DNA from: Chthonomonadaceae bacterium
GTDB taxonomy: Bacteria; Armatimonadota; Chthonomonadetes; Chthonomonadales; Chthonomonadaceae
Direction: 5' to 3'
Assembly: GCA_035650735.1 (NCBI GenBank)
Contig: DASRGZ010000028.1
Coordinates: forward strand, 1 to 62,921
DNA length: 62,921 nucleotides
Positions 10,831 through 20,938 of this stretch are shown here, piece after piece (position 1 is the first letter of the stretch; every line of letters starts with the position of its first letter). Made by a program: the position numbers and the translations under genes. The notes beneath the pieces were generated by a model, which worked only from the letters and a program-made list of their open reading frames with translations, made no database searches and had not been told where the DNA came from.

Positions 10831-10904
10831 AGGTCTTTTCCTCCTTGAGAATGGGCAACGCACTGTTGCCCTGGGTAGCCATTGCAGGAGACATCTCCAG
10901 GCGC

Positions 10905-13193
10905 TCACGGCGTCGCCGCACTGCCGCCGGGAAGCACCAGGAAATGCAAGCTAGAGGTGGCCCAGCCGCCCAGCGAAAGGCTCCGCGCGCCGGCCCGGTC
11001 TCTCTGCACTGCGCTGATGAGCAACTGCCCCAGCGGAGTCTCCGCCTCTTTTGCGCCGCGCGCTTTGCCCCGGGGAATGCCGCGCGACCGGAGAGTCTCG
11101 GGGTCCAGGAGCGGGCTGAAATCCGCCTCGTTCTCGGTAGCGATTGCCTTGAAGGTTTCCAGGCCGGCTGGCTCGGTCACCTCAAACACCGTGTATTTGC
11201 CATTGCTGTCCTTGAGCGCGATCCACTTGTCCCGATGTTCCGGGTCTGCCGGGAGATAGTTGTTCGTCTTCTCGCTAGGCAGCGGCCAGACCGGGGCGAT
11301 CTTGCCGTCGGGTTGCAGGTCGAGGATGGTGACATAGGCGCCCGCCGTCCCGCTGTTCTTTACTTCCACCCGGAAGTAGTCGCCGACCTTCATCGGGATC
11401 TCGCCGCCTGCGGTCGGCTTGCGCGGTTCCCGATCCGCCTTCCAGACCTTGTTCTTGCCGGTCGGGTCCAGCGGGTCCGGGTCTACATCGCAAGCTATGA
11501 TCCGCACTTCTACCTTATAGGGCGAATTGGCGTCCGCCTCATGCAGCGCATTGAGCAGCCGGCGGCGCGATTCCCGCCGAAGGGCCTCCTGAAGGCGCTC
11601 CGGCAGCTTCACATCCTCGGAGAGCACCTGCGCATACGCGTCGGAATCTCCCAGTTGGACCGTCAGGAAGGAGCCGTCCTTCCGCTGCAGCATCACGCTG
11701 TCGGGCGCGCCGGGATCGCTTCCGCGCAGAACAAGATTCCTGGCCTCCGTTCCTGCGCTCCCCTTTTCGGTCACGCGGACATCCCAGACGTCAGCCTCAT
11801 TTGCTCGGCGGGTTGCGGTCATCGTTCCGTTGAACGCTTCTGCAGGCGGAACGATCCGAATATCCCATCCCTCCTGGCCGCCATTTTGAACGATAGCCAC
11901 CAGCTTGTTGGTTTTCAGCTCGTCCAGAGCCGTCGCGATCTTATCCCGGCGGGTGCCTGCCGGAATGGCGCTGAGGTCAACTCGCAGCGGATTGTCCTGA
12001 TATACCTGGCTTGTGATGACGGCGCGGGCATCGCGCAGGTCCTCCATCTTCTTGCCCGGCATCAGATGATCGACCTTCAGCACGGAGAACGTCGGGCCGA
12101 CTGCGATGATCTCGGCGTCTCTGGCGATAGGCTGGGCGCTCTTGGGGTCCTTGGTTCCACGGGGAAATATGTCCAGCTTGGAGCCCTCGGTCATCCCCAT
12201 GAGGAAACCGGCCTGCAGGCGTGGGACTTTGCCGTCATAAAGCTCCACCAGGATAGTTGGCTCGAGTCGGATGATCCCGCCGCCAAACAGGACTTGATCG
12301 ATCTCGCCCTCTAGCTGCGGGCTCTGATCGAGCTGCTTTTCCTGCATTATCGTGCGGATGCGCTCAAGGACATCGCGATAGGTCGTCTTGTCGTTGGCCT
12401 CGGTGAATGCCTTGCAAAGCGCGTAGGACAGCGATCCCATGTACTTATCCGTGTGCTTGCCGCTGTGCCCCTGATCCTCGACCTCGACCTCGCTATCCAC
12501 CTGATCGCTGCGGCAGGCCGCGATGGCCACATATCCCAATCGCGCCACTTCGCCGGGGCCGAGCAACCCGCCCGCCTTATCGCTGCTGCTTGCCGGACGG
12601 ACCGCCCGTGCAGGAATAGGTCGGTCAAAACCGCGCACCAGCATCCTGCCGCGGGTGATCGTCCCGGAATGGCAGGAGTCGAATGACAGCGTCACGTTGC
12701 CCGGCTGCTTTTGATGCAGCTCCTCCAGGAGCCGAGCGATCTCCTTGTCCCTAATGTCGTTGGAGCCATCGAATACCGAAATATAGTCCGAGGGAACTAG
12801 CGTCTGGTCGCGGCCAGTGACCTCATCCTGCGCATCCTCTACCTGAGAACCATGGCCCGAATAGTGGAAGAACACGATATCCCCCGGCTGGGTCCGGTTG
12901 ATCAGGAAGGACCGAAACGCATCCAGGATGGCCTTTTTGGTGGTTTGCTTTGGCTCCTTCAAGATAGTCACCTCATCGAAATGGAGCTTGTTCTTCAACA
13001 AGTCCGCGAGCGCCTCCACATCGGGGGTGGTATCCAGGTTGTGCGCATCCTTCTCCTTGTCGCCGCGCTCATACCCGTTGACGGCGACGAGCAGGGCGCG
13101 CTTCCTGGGGGTGCCGGCCTGCCCCCTGGCAATGGGCGCAAGCCAGCCTAAAGCGAGCAGAATGCCGGCAAGCGCATACAACGTAGCTCTCAT
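10905..13193 (-). CDS. Secreted caspase-family (C14) protease with C-terminal DUF4384-like domain
   Basis: AAGGAGG RBS before ATG 13193; signal peptide; KRALLVAVNGY, FHYSGHG, DSCHSG, QSPQLEG; C-terminal AYVTILDLQPDGKI..P..G.ETFKAIAT. Confidence 0.92.
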   Translation of the reverse strand: MRATLYALAGILLALGWLAPIARGQAGTPRKRALLVAVNGYERGDKEKDAHNLDTTPDVEALADLLKNKLHFDEVTILKEPKQTTKKAILDAFRSFLINRTQPGDIVFFHYSGHGSQVEDAQDEVTGRDQTLVPSDYISVFDGSNDIRDKEIARLLEELHQKQPGNVTLSFDSCHSGTITRGRMLVRGFDRPIPARAVRPASSSDKAGGLLGPGEVARLGYVAIAACRSDQVDSEVEVEDQGHSGKHTDKYMGSLSYALCKAFTEANDKTTYRDVLERIRTIMQEKQLDQSPQLEGEIDQVLFGGGIIRLEPTILVELYDGKVPRLQAGFLMGMTEGSKLDIFPRGTKDPKSAQPIARDAEIIAVGPTFSVLKVDHLMPGKKMEDLRDARAVITSQVYQDNPLRVDLSAIPAGTRRDKIATALDELKTNKLVAIVQNGGQEGWDIRIVPPAEAFNGTMTATRRANEADVWDVRVTEKGSAGTEARNLVLRGSDPGAPDSVMLQRKDGSFLTVQLGDSDAYAQVLSEDVKLPERLQEALRRESRRRLLNALHEADANSPYKVEVRIIACDVDPDPLDPTGKNKVWKADREPRKPTAGGEIPMKVGDYFRVEVKNSGTAGAYVTILDLQPDGKIAPVWPLPSEKTNNYLPADPEHRDKWIALKDSNGKYTVFEVTEPAGLETFKAIATENEADFSPLLDPETLRSRGIPRGKARGAKEAETPLGQLLISAVQRDRAGARSLSLGGWATSSLHFLVLPGGSAATP

Positions 13194-13236
13194 GGTGTCC
13201 TCCTTGTCTTGGCCGAAGCCGCAATGCACGGCGTGA

Positions 13237-15414
13237 TCACTTTGCTGCAGGGTTCTCCGCCGATTGCGCCGTCGCGCCAACGGCCTTCAGCGCGGCGGCG
13301 GCATCGAGCTTGCCATATCCCCAGCGCGGGTTGGGCGTCTCTCCGGTGAACTCATCATGCGTGGCCGTGCGCCGGAGTATGTCGCGAATCTGGGATGCGT
13401 CGAGGGTAGGATCTTTCTGAAACATCAGCGCAATGATCCCGGCGACGTAGGGCGAGGCCGCGCTGGTGCCCTGCCATGCCAGGTGCAAGCCATCTTTGGT
13501 CGCAAAATAGTCCTTGCCCATCTCCTTGAGCAGAATACAGTCTCTGGCAGCCGAGGAGATCGTGTAGCGCGCGGGCGCGATGACCTCGGGTTTTACCATC
13601 CCATCTCTGCGAAAGCCGGGACTCGAATAGTAGGATAACGCGCCGGGCTTGAGATTAAAGTAGGTGTGGGAGCCCTTCACGTTCTCCCAGGAATTGCGGA
13701 AGTCGTAAGAACCAACGGTGATCACGCTGCTGGCGTTGCCGGGCGTGCCGATCAGGGCGGAAGCGAGCGCACCTTTGCCAAAACTGGCCTCGTCCGGAAA
13801 GGGAAGATAGAGGTCGAACTGTCCGCTGCTTACTTTAGCCGAATTGCCGCTGCCAAAGATTAGATAGCTGCCCGCTTCCAGCCAGAGGCTGAGCCGATCC
13901 GTTGGCGGATCATGCGCCAGAGGGCTTTCGACGGCGGGACGATGCACCGCTTGACGAATGACTCCTATATCCTGGGGCTTGGCCGATAGCTTTGCTTGCA
14001 GATCCCCTTTGGCATCGCGGAAGAGCAGCAGGAAGATGGGGTGATGCTGCGCATCGGCCCAGGGCTTATCCGTCCGCGTGAGCGCCAGCAGCCAATCATC
14101 TGCGTGGTTAAAGTAGGCGGTCAGCAGCGTGTTCCGTTTTACGAAAAGCTCGGTAGGCAGGCTATCAATATCTTGCTGCCCCTCGCGCACCGGCCCGAAG
14201 GTGCCGCCTGCATGGAACGTATTACGGCCTTCGTTTCCGGCGCTGGCACAGACGGCCTGGCCCGGCTTGCCCTTGCCGAGAAGCTGATCCAGGTTGAGCT
14301 CCTCCGCATCACTGCCGTCGTGGGCTGAGTCGTGATGTCCAAAGCTCATATTGATGACAATGGGCTGATGGCGGGCTTGGGCCTGTTCCAGCATCCAGCG
14401 CGCCGCCTCCGAAGTGTAGGGGCCGATTCCGCCCTGCGCTTCTACGTCAGGCGGAGCCGCCTTCACGATAATTAGATCGGCTTCGGGAGCCACGCCGGTG
14501 TACGTCCCCGCGGGAACCCCATTGGCGGTCGCGCGCCCATTGCCTGCCGCGACGCCGGCGCAGGCCGTCCCATGTCCGAAGCGATCCACAGAGTTTACGG
14601 TGCCCTGCCCACGCAGCGCTGCCGTGATCTGATCCCCGGTATAGAGCGTGCCCAGCGGCTTTCCGGTGGCTTTGTCCTCCAGCGGCGGCTTTGTGCCCAC
14701 CTTGCCTCCCGTTTTGGCCCACGAAGGGTCGTACATATCCCAGAGGGCGACGATGCGCGAGGAGCCATCCGGCTTAATGAAATCGGGATGACGCCAATCG
14801 ATCCCGGTGTCAATAATGCCGACAAGCACGCCTTTGCCGGTCAGACCCTGCCTGTCGAAGGCATTGAGCAGGTGTTCCTCGCGCGAAGGACCGGCTCGGG
14901 CCAAAGTGGGGCGTTCCTGAGCTAAAGGAGGCTGTGGGATATGCTTGATGGGTATCAGCGCGATGGCCCGCACGAATCGCACGTCCGCCAGGTCTTTCAG
15001 CCGGAGAACGGGCACCGTCGCGAAGACAAGATCGCCCTCTTGAAACCGGATCGCGGCTCCCGCCCTTTGCAGCGCCTTCGTATCTGCTGGAGCCGCAACG
15101 GTAATGGAGACGGCAACAGAGGGGTTCTTGTCATCGCTGCGGATGCCAAATCGCTCTCTCAACTCCTTCTCCGTAAACCATGCGCCGGGCTTCTCTTCCC
15201 GTGTTCCGGCATATTGCTGATAGAGCGCAGACAACTCCGGCGAGAGCTTGGCTGTGGAGTCACCACGCGCCGGCCCCGCTGGAAGCAGGCTGGGGCCTGT
15301 GGCAAAGCCGGGAAGCGGCGGCTGCCCTGGGGCTGTGCCTGTCGAGAGCATCCAGAGGAAAAAGGCGCCAATCCATGCGTAGGACTTGCGCCGCCAGGAA
15401 CATACCCATTTCAT
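13237..15414 (-). CDS. Secreted subtilisin-like S8 serine protease
   Basis: Triad motifs IIDTGID, HGTACAG and GTSAASP; oxyanion AGNEG; signal peptide and prodomain; GGAGG RBS before ATG 15414. Confidence 0.93.
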   Translation of the reverse strand: MKWVCSWRRKSYAWIGAFFLWMLSTGTAPGQPPLPGFATGPSLLPAGPARGDSTAKLSPELSALYQQYAGTREEKPGAWFTEKELRERFGIRSDDKNPSVAVSITVAAPADTKALQRAGAAIRFQEGDLVFATVPVLRLKDLADVRFVRAIALIPIKHIPQPPLAQERPTLARAGPSREEHLLNAFDRQGLTGKGVLVGIIDTGIDWRHPDFIKPDGSSRIVALWDMYDPSWAKTGGKVGTKPPLEDKATGKPLGTLYTGDQITAALRGQGTVNSVDRFGHGTACAGVAAGNGRATANGVPAGTYTGVAPEADLIIVKAAPPDVEAQGGIGPYTSEAARWMLEQAQARHQPIVINMSFGHHDSAHDGSDAEELNLDQLLGKGKPGQAVCASAGNEGRNTFHAGGTFGPVREGQQDIDSLPTELFVKRNTLLTAYFNHADDWLLALTRTDKPWADAQHHPIFLLLFRDAKGDLQAKLSAKPQDIGVIRQAVHRPAVESPLAHDPPTDRLSLWLEAGSYLIFGSGNSAKVSSGQFDLYLPFPDEASFGKGALASALIGTPGNASSVITVGSYDFRNSWENVKGSHTYFNLKPGALSYYSSPGFRRDGMVKPEVIAPARYTISSAARDCILLKEMGKDYFATKDGLHLAWQGTSAASPYVAGIIALMFQKDPTLDASQIRDILRRTATHDEFTGETPNPRWGYGKLDAAAALKAVGATAQSAENPAAK

Positions 15415-15935
15415 AAAGGAACCTCCTGTGCCCGCATCACGGGCGAATGATTGAGAGCTTGCCTGGATGGGCAAGGAACACAATACAGCACTCTGTAGTG
15501 TAACCCGGATAAAGCCGCCCATCACAGCGCCTTTGATACAAATGCGCCGTGAATTGGGTCACATATTGTGTTCTGCTGGGCAGCAGATGTGATGCGGATG
15601 GACGAAGCAATGAAACCAGCCGCACAATGAGGTATGTCAAAGTGGAAAACCAGAAGCAATAACCGCGTAGGACTAAACGTCATTATAACGTTTTCCCAAT
15701 TACAAGGCAACAAATTTTACAAGTACGCCCGGAGCCCTCGCCTCCTCCTCTCCTCACAGATAGGCTCGCTTGATTCGCTGGGAAGGAAAAAGCGTTGTCT
15801 TCCCCGGCCCTGCAAGCACGCCGCCATTTCGTGCAGCGCTGCCTGGCGCCAGGAAAAGTGGGTGCATTGGCCCTCCTGCGGAGAACAGTCCCGGCTTAAC
15901 CAGGATAAATTCACGGCGGTTTTGCAGATTCAGGG

Positions 15936-15964
15936 TTGCCTTCAGCAGCATCTCCCTGTATAAT
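15936..15964 (+). promoter_or_regulatory. Sigma70-type promoter for the rightward caspase/cyclase/WD40 operon
   Basis: TTGCCT-N17-TATAAT about 100 bp upstream of 16062. Confidence 0.55.
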
Positions 15965-16061
15965 GCCAGATACTGATCTCATTTTAGCGGGGCTTGCTTC
16001 CAGCAGGTGGCGCGGTGGGAGCGCCGTGAGCGCGCCGGGGAAGAAAGAAGAAGGAGAATAA

Positions 16062-18206
16062 ATGATGTGCCGTCCTCTTTTCCAATTGGTGCTTATCAGC
16101 CTGTTGCTGGCCTGCTTAGCATGGAGCGCGCAGGGGAAGGAGGGAGGGTCGCCTTCGCCGTTATCGCAACAGGCCGCCCCCGAGTTCCATGCCATTGTGT
16201 GCGGCATTGACCAGTACAGTTCCCCTGAGCTCCATCTGCAATTTGCAAGCTCGGATGCCGATGCTATGGCGCGCGTCTTAAAGGTTGGTGCCGAGCACCT
16301 TTTTGGACCCGACCATGTTTATATCACTTTGTTAAAAGGAACGGTCAAAAAAGCGGATCTACAGGCTGCCTTCGCGCAGCGGCGCCAGATGAAACCCGGC
16401 GATGTACTCGTAGTCTATCTTTCAGGCCACGGAACCGCCCCGCAAGGGAGCTACTGCTATTTGACCAGCGAGGCTGTCTCCCGAGAGTTGATAAAGAACG
16501 ACCCTTTACAGAGGCAAAAAGCGAGCGTCCAGAGCGAAGAACTGGTCGGCTGGCTACGCAACATACCGGCGCGCAAGCAGGTGATCGTCCTGGATACGTG
16601 TGAGGCCGGAGCGGTTGGCATGGCCGTGACGAACCCCGCCAGAGGGGCTGACGCTACCGATGAGGGAACGTCACGGCCAGCCCTACAGCAAGCCCTGGTG
16701 CGCCTGCAGGCAGCAACTGGTTCCTGGTGGTTGTTTGGCGCTGCTTCCGGTCAGATTGTGTATGAAAATCCTAAGATAGAGCATGGCCTACTGACGTTCG
16801 CCTTGTTGGAGGGAATGCATGGAGGAGGATTGCGGGAGGATGGGCTCGTAGACGTAGACCGCCTCTTCGAGTATGCCGTTTGCCGGGTGCCTCAGCTTGC
16901 CCACCGCATTGGCGGTTCACAGATTCCGGAAGTGGTGAAGCCTACTACCGGAAGTTTTGATATCGGCCAGCTCCCGGAGGCTGACAGGCCGCAAGTACCC
17001 GGCTTTGCCCCTGTTTTCGCGCGTCCTCTCTTGATGGATCCCAATGTGCTAGATGACAGCCTGAATCTGACTGCTGCCCTGGGCTCAGCCCTCGACGCAA
17101 TACTGAATCCGCATCAGCCGCAACAAAGGGGCATCCCAGTTGTCGGGGCAAATAGAATCACTTTCGAGTCATCGGACGACCCGGATGCTTACCGGGTGCG
17201 GGGCACCTATACCGTTGATGGCGTCAATGGGGAGCATGTGCGCATTAAACTGGCTCTGTGGCACGGCAAGCAGCAAAAGGCCGCGCTTGAGACCGAAGGC
17301 GCCCGAAAGGATCTGGCTCCCCTTATAGAGCGCGTCGCGCAAACACTGGTTGATAGGGTGGAAAACCCGAAGGCGTCAATAGATAAAGGGATCAGGCTGG
17401 TTGTCAGCACTCAGGAGCTGGGCAGAGAGAAGCCTAAATGCTATGTGCTGGCGATTGGGGTGTCGGGTTACAAAATGCCTGAACTGCGTCTGAACTACGC
17501 ACACAAAGACGCAGAAGAGCTCGCGCAGGTTTATCAGGATCAGAAGGGGGGGCTGTTTTGTGAAGTGGAGGTTAGAACGCTGGCTGATCCTCCGGAGACC
17601 ATGCATCCACAGGCCACCCGCGGCAATATCATGGACGCTCTCGACTGGCTGAGCAAGCGCATGACACAAAACGACTATGCGGTTGTTCTTATCAGTGGGC
17701 ATGGCATGCCCGATGACCAGGGACATTACTATTTCGTGCCACAGGATTGCGATCCAGAGCACCTGCTGCGGGACGGCGTGCGGTGGAGCGAAATCCACGA
17801 TGTGCTGACGAATCTGCCGGGGAAAAAACTGCTTTTCCTTGACACCTGCCACTCGGGCGGATCGGATGGGACCGTGGTCAAGGATGCCAGCGGAGCCTAC
17901 GGCCAGATCCTGAAGGAGGGTAACCTGGAGGGAAGCGGCTTGATTACCTTCGCATCCTGCATGCCCACAGAGGCCAGCGCGGAGGGGCCCCAGTGGCACC
18001 ACGGCGTTTTTACCAAATACTTGCTGGAAGGACTGCGGGGCAAGGCCGATGCCGATGGCGACGGAGTGGTTACCCTGGCCGAGCTTGATAAGTACATCAC
18101 GGATCAGGTAAAGGCAGAGAGGCCCCGGCAGCATCCTACGACGGCGCATCCACCATCGATCCCCAACGCGCTTCCGCTGGCGTTTGCGATGTCGAGCAGC
18201 AAGTAG
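16062..18206 (+). CDS. Secreted protein with two caspase-family (C14) domains
   Basis: AAGGAG RBS; signal peptide; domain 1 YLSGHG/DTCEAG, domain 2 ISGHG/DTCHSG; HGVFTKYLLEGLRGKAD..GDG.VTL.EL. Confidence 0.92.
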   Translation: MMCRPLFQLVLISLLLACLAWSAQGKEGGSPSPLSQQAAPEFHAIVCGIDQYSSPELHLQFASSDADAMARVLKVGAEHLFGPDHVYITLLKGTVKKADLQAAFAQRRQMKPGDVLVVYLSGHGTAPQGSYCYLTSEAVSRELIKNDPLQRQKASVQSEELVGWLRNIPARKQVIVLDTCEAGAVGMAVTNPARGADATDEGTSRPALQQALVRLQAATGSWWLFGAASGQIVYENPKIEHGLLTFALLEGMHGGGLREDGLVDVDRLFEYAVCRVPQLAHRIGGSQIPEVVKPTTGSFDIGQLPEADRPQVPGFAPVFARPLLMDPNVLDDSLNLTAALGSALDAILNPHQPQQRGIPVVGANRITFESSDDPDAYRVRGTYTVDGVNGEHVRIKLALWHGKQQKAALETEGARKDLAPLIERVAQTLVDRVENPKASIDKGIRLVVSTQELGREKPKCYVLAIGVSGYKMPELRLNYAHKDAEELAQVYQDQKGGLFCEVEVRTLADPPETMHPQATRGNIMDALDWLSKRMTQNDYAVVLISGHGMPDDQGHYYFVPQDCDPEHLLRDGVRWSEIHDVLTNLPGKKLLFLDTCHSGGSDGTVVKDASGAYGQILKEGNLEGSGLITFASCMPTEASAEGPQWHHGVFTKYLLEGLRGKADADGDGVVTLAELDKYITDQVKAERPRQHPTTAHPPSIPNALPLAFAMSSSK

Positions 18207-18244
18207 AAGAAGGAGGACAGGTATCAGGTGCGGAGGATCGTATT

Positions 18245-20938
18245 ATGACCGCCCCCTTGCCAACCGGCACCGTGACGTTTCTGCTCACCGATGTGGAGGG
18301 CAGCACGCAGCTCTGGGAGCAGTATCCGGAGGCGATGCAAGCCGCCCTCGCCCAGCATGACGCCCTTGCTGCCGAGTGTTTCGCCCGGCATAATGGCGTG
18401 CTGATCAAGAGCCGTGGGGAAGGGGATAGCCTCTTTGCCGTTTTTGCTCGCGCGTCCGATGCCATCGCCGCAGCCTGTGCCTTCCAGATCGGCTTGACGT
18501 CAGGCGACCCGCCCATCGCGCTTCCGCTGCGCGTGCGCATGGCCATCCATGCCGGGGAAGCTTGCCTGCGCGATGGGGACTACTATGGCCCGGTCGTCAA
18601 TCGCTGCGCGCGCTTGCGCAACATCGGCCACGGCGGCCAGATCTTAGTCTCCCTGAGCGCGCAGGAGCTGGCCCAGGATACGCTTCCACCGAAGGTGCGC
18701 CTGCGCGACCTGGGCCTGCATGGGCTCCGGGATCTATCGCGCCCGGAGCGCGTCTTTCAGGTGATCCATCCGGACCTACGCGCCGACTTCCCTCCGCTCA
18801 AATCCTTGAGCGCCCTTGCCAATAACCTGCCCTTGCAGCTGACCAGCTTCATTGGGCGCGAGCGGGAGATAGCCGAGATCAAACGCCTGCTGCCGACGAC
18901 GCGCCTGCTCACCATAACCGGCGAGGGCGGCTGTGGTAAGACCCGACTGGTATTGCAGACCGTCGCGGATCTGCTGGAGGAATATCCGGATGGCGTCTGG
19001 CAGGTGGAACTGGCCGGATTAGCAGAGCCGGCCTTCGTGCCGCAAGCGGTCGCGACGGCCCTGGGCCTGCAAGAGGTACCGGGACGCGATCTCACCCGAA
19101 CACTCTCCGAGTATCTTCAACCCAGGCAGCTCTTGCTGATACTGGACAACTGCGAGCATCTCCTTCCGGCCTGCGCACAGCTCGCCACGACTCTGCTTCG
19201 CACCTGCCCGTATCTACGCCTCCTCGCGACCAGCCGGGAAGCCCTCGGCGTACCGGGAGAGCGAAGCTGGCGTGTTCCTTCCATGGCGGTGCCCTCGCAG
19301 AAGCGCCTGCCGCCCCTTTCGATGTTAGCGGAGAATGAAGTAGTCCAGCTCTTTGTTGAGCGCGCCGCCTCCGTCCTCCCGACGTTCGCATTGACCGCCC
19401 AGAACGCGCCTGTGATCGTTCATATCTGCCGGCGCCTGGATGGCATTCCGCTTGCCATCGAGCTCGCGGCGGCACGGGTCAAGGTATTGGGCATTGAGCA
19501 GATCGCTGCGCGTCTGGACGATTGCTTTCGGCTGCTGACAGGCGGCAGCCCCATGGCCTTGCCCCGGCATCAAACCCTGCGCGCAACCATTGATTGGAGC
19601 TATGGCCTGCTCTCGACACCGGAGCGCGCACTGCTGCGCCGCCTGGCTGTCTTTTCCGGCAGTTGGAGCCTGGAAGCGGCAGAAGCCGTCTGTGTGGGCG
19701 AAGACATCCAGGCGGCGGACGTTCTGGATCTGCTCACGCGCTTGATCGATAAGTCTCTGGCGATCAAGGAAGAGCTCGACGGCGTAGCCCGCTACCGGCT
19801 CCTCGAAACGGTGCGGCAGTACGGCCAGGAACAGATGGACGAGGTCGGCGAGCGCTCCAAGATCGAGCGACAACACCGGGAATTCTTCCGCGATCTGGCC
19901 CTTCGTGTCAATCCTTTTTTGTATGGCGCAGAGCAAGCAGACTGGCTTAAATTCCTGGACCAGGAATACGACAATCTGCGCGCAGCGCTCCTGCATTACC
20001 GAACGGATCCGGATGCTGCCGAGGAGGGCCTGCGCCTTGCCAACGCCCTTTACGCTTTCTGGGATATTCGCGGCTACTTTACGGAGGGCAGGGAGCAGCT
20101 TGAAAGCGCCCTGGAACACGCCTTGCCGTTAGGCGATACGGAGGAGCGGGCCAAGGGCCTTGCCGGGGCAGGCGCGCTCGCATGGAGGCAGGGCGATTAT
20201 AAGGCGGCACGCCGGCTCTTCGAGGAAGGCCTGGCGATACGGCAGGAGCTGGGAGACCAGCAAGGCGTTGCCGACATGCTCAATAACCTGGGCAATGTGG
20301 CCTGGGACCAGGGAGACTATCCTACCGCGCGCTCGTTGTTTGAGCAGAGCCTTGAGATCATGCAGGCCAACCAAGATCAGGAAGGCATCGCCACGACACT
20401 CAGTAACCTGGCCCTGCTCTGCTGTGAGGAGGGCCAGTACGACACAGCGCGCGCCCTGTTTGAGCAGAGCCTGGCCATAGATAGGCAACGGAACAACCCT
20501 CTGGGTGTCGCCTTCTCCCTGGATGGCCAGGCCGAGGTCGCTTTCCGCCAGCAGGACTACGCTCTGGCTCGGACGCTGCGCGAAGATAGTCTGAAAATGC
20601 GCAGAGAGTTAGGAGACAGGCAGGGCGTTGCGGAGTGCCTGGAAGGACTGGCTGCGATTGGGGCCGCGCAGGGGCGATTTCCTTTTGCCGCCTGTCTACT
20701 GGGCGCTGCGGAGAGCCTGCGTGAAGCCCTGCTCACTCCCCTGCCGCCGCGGCTTCGCGGCGCTTACGAACGTCTCATGGCGGCCCTGCAGACAGCCATC
20801 AGCGAGGAGGCATTCAACGCCGCCTGGACGCAGGGACGGGCTCTGACGTGGGAACAGGCCGCCACCTATGCTCTCGATACCTCCATCGAAGCCGTGGTGC
20901 GCGTTTCCCGGCAGCCGACAGCCAAGAGAGTACCATAA
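18245..20938 (+). CDS. Class III adenylate/guanylate cyclase + STAND (NB-ARC-like) ATPase + TPR protein
   Basis: FLLTDVEGST, GEGDS and DYYGPVVNRCARL cyclase motifs; Walker A GEGGCGKT; LLILDNCEH; LDGIPLAIELAA; C-terminal TPRs; no LuxR HTH. Confidence 0.93.
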   Translation: MTAPLPTGTVTFLLTDVEGSTQLWEQYPEAMQAALAQHDALAAECFARHNGVLIKSRGEGDSLFAVFARASDAIAAACAFQIGLTSGDPPIALPLRVRMAIHAGEACLRDGDYYGPVVNRCARLRNIGHGGQILVSLSAQELAQDTLPPKVRLRDLGLHGLRDLSRPERVFQVIHPDLRADFPPLKSLSALANNLPLQLTSFIGREREIAEIKRLLPTTRLLTITGEGGCGKTRLVLQTVADLLEEYPDGVWQVELAGLAEPAFVPQAVATALGLQEVPGRDLTRTLSEYLQPRQLLLILDNCEHLLPACAQLATTLLRTCPYLRLLATSREALGVPGERSWRVPSMAVPSQKRLPPLSMLAENEVVQLFVERAASVLPTFALTAQNAPVIVHICRRLDGIPLAIELAAARVKVLGIEQIAARLDDCFRLLTGGSPMALPRHQTLRATIDWSYGLLSTPERALLRRLAVFSGSWSLEAAEAVCVGEDIQAADVLDLLTRLIDKSLAIKEELDGVARYRLLETVRQYGQEQMDEVGERSKIERQHREFFRDLALRVNPFLYGAEQADWLKFLDQEYDNLRAALLHYRTDPDAAEEGLRLANALYAFWDIRGYFTEGREQLESALEHALPLGDTEERAKGLAGAGALAWRQGDYKAARRLFEEGLAIRQELGDQQGVADMLNNLGNVAWDQGDYPTARSLFEQSLEIMQANQDQEGIATTLSNLALLCCEEGQYDTARALFEQSLAIDRQRNNPLGVAFSLDGQAEVAFRQQDYALARTLREDSLKMRRELGDRQGVAECLEGLAAIGAAQGRFPFAACLLGAAESLREALLTPLPPRLRGAYERLMAALQTAISEEAFNAAWTQGRALTWEQAATYALDTSIEAVVRVSRQPTAKRVP

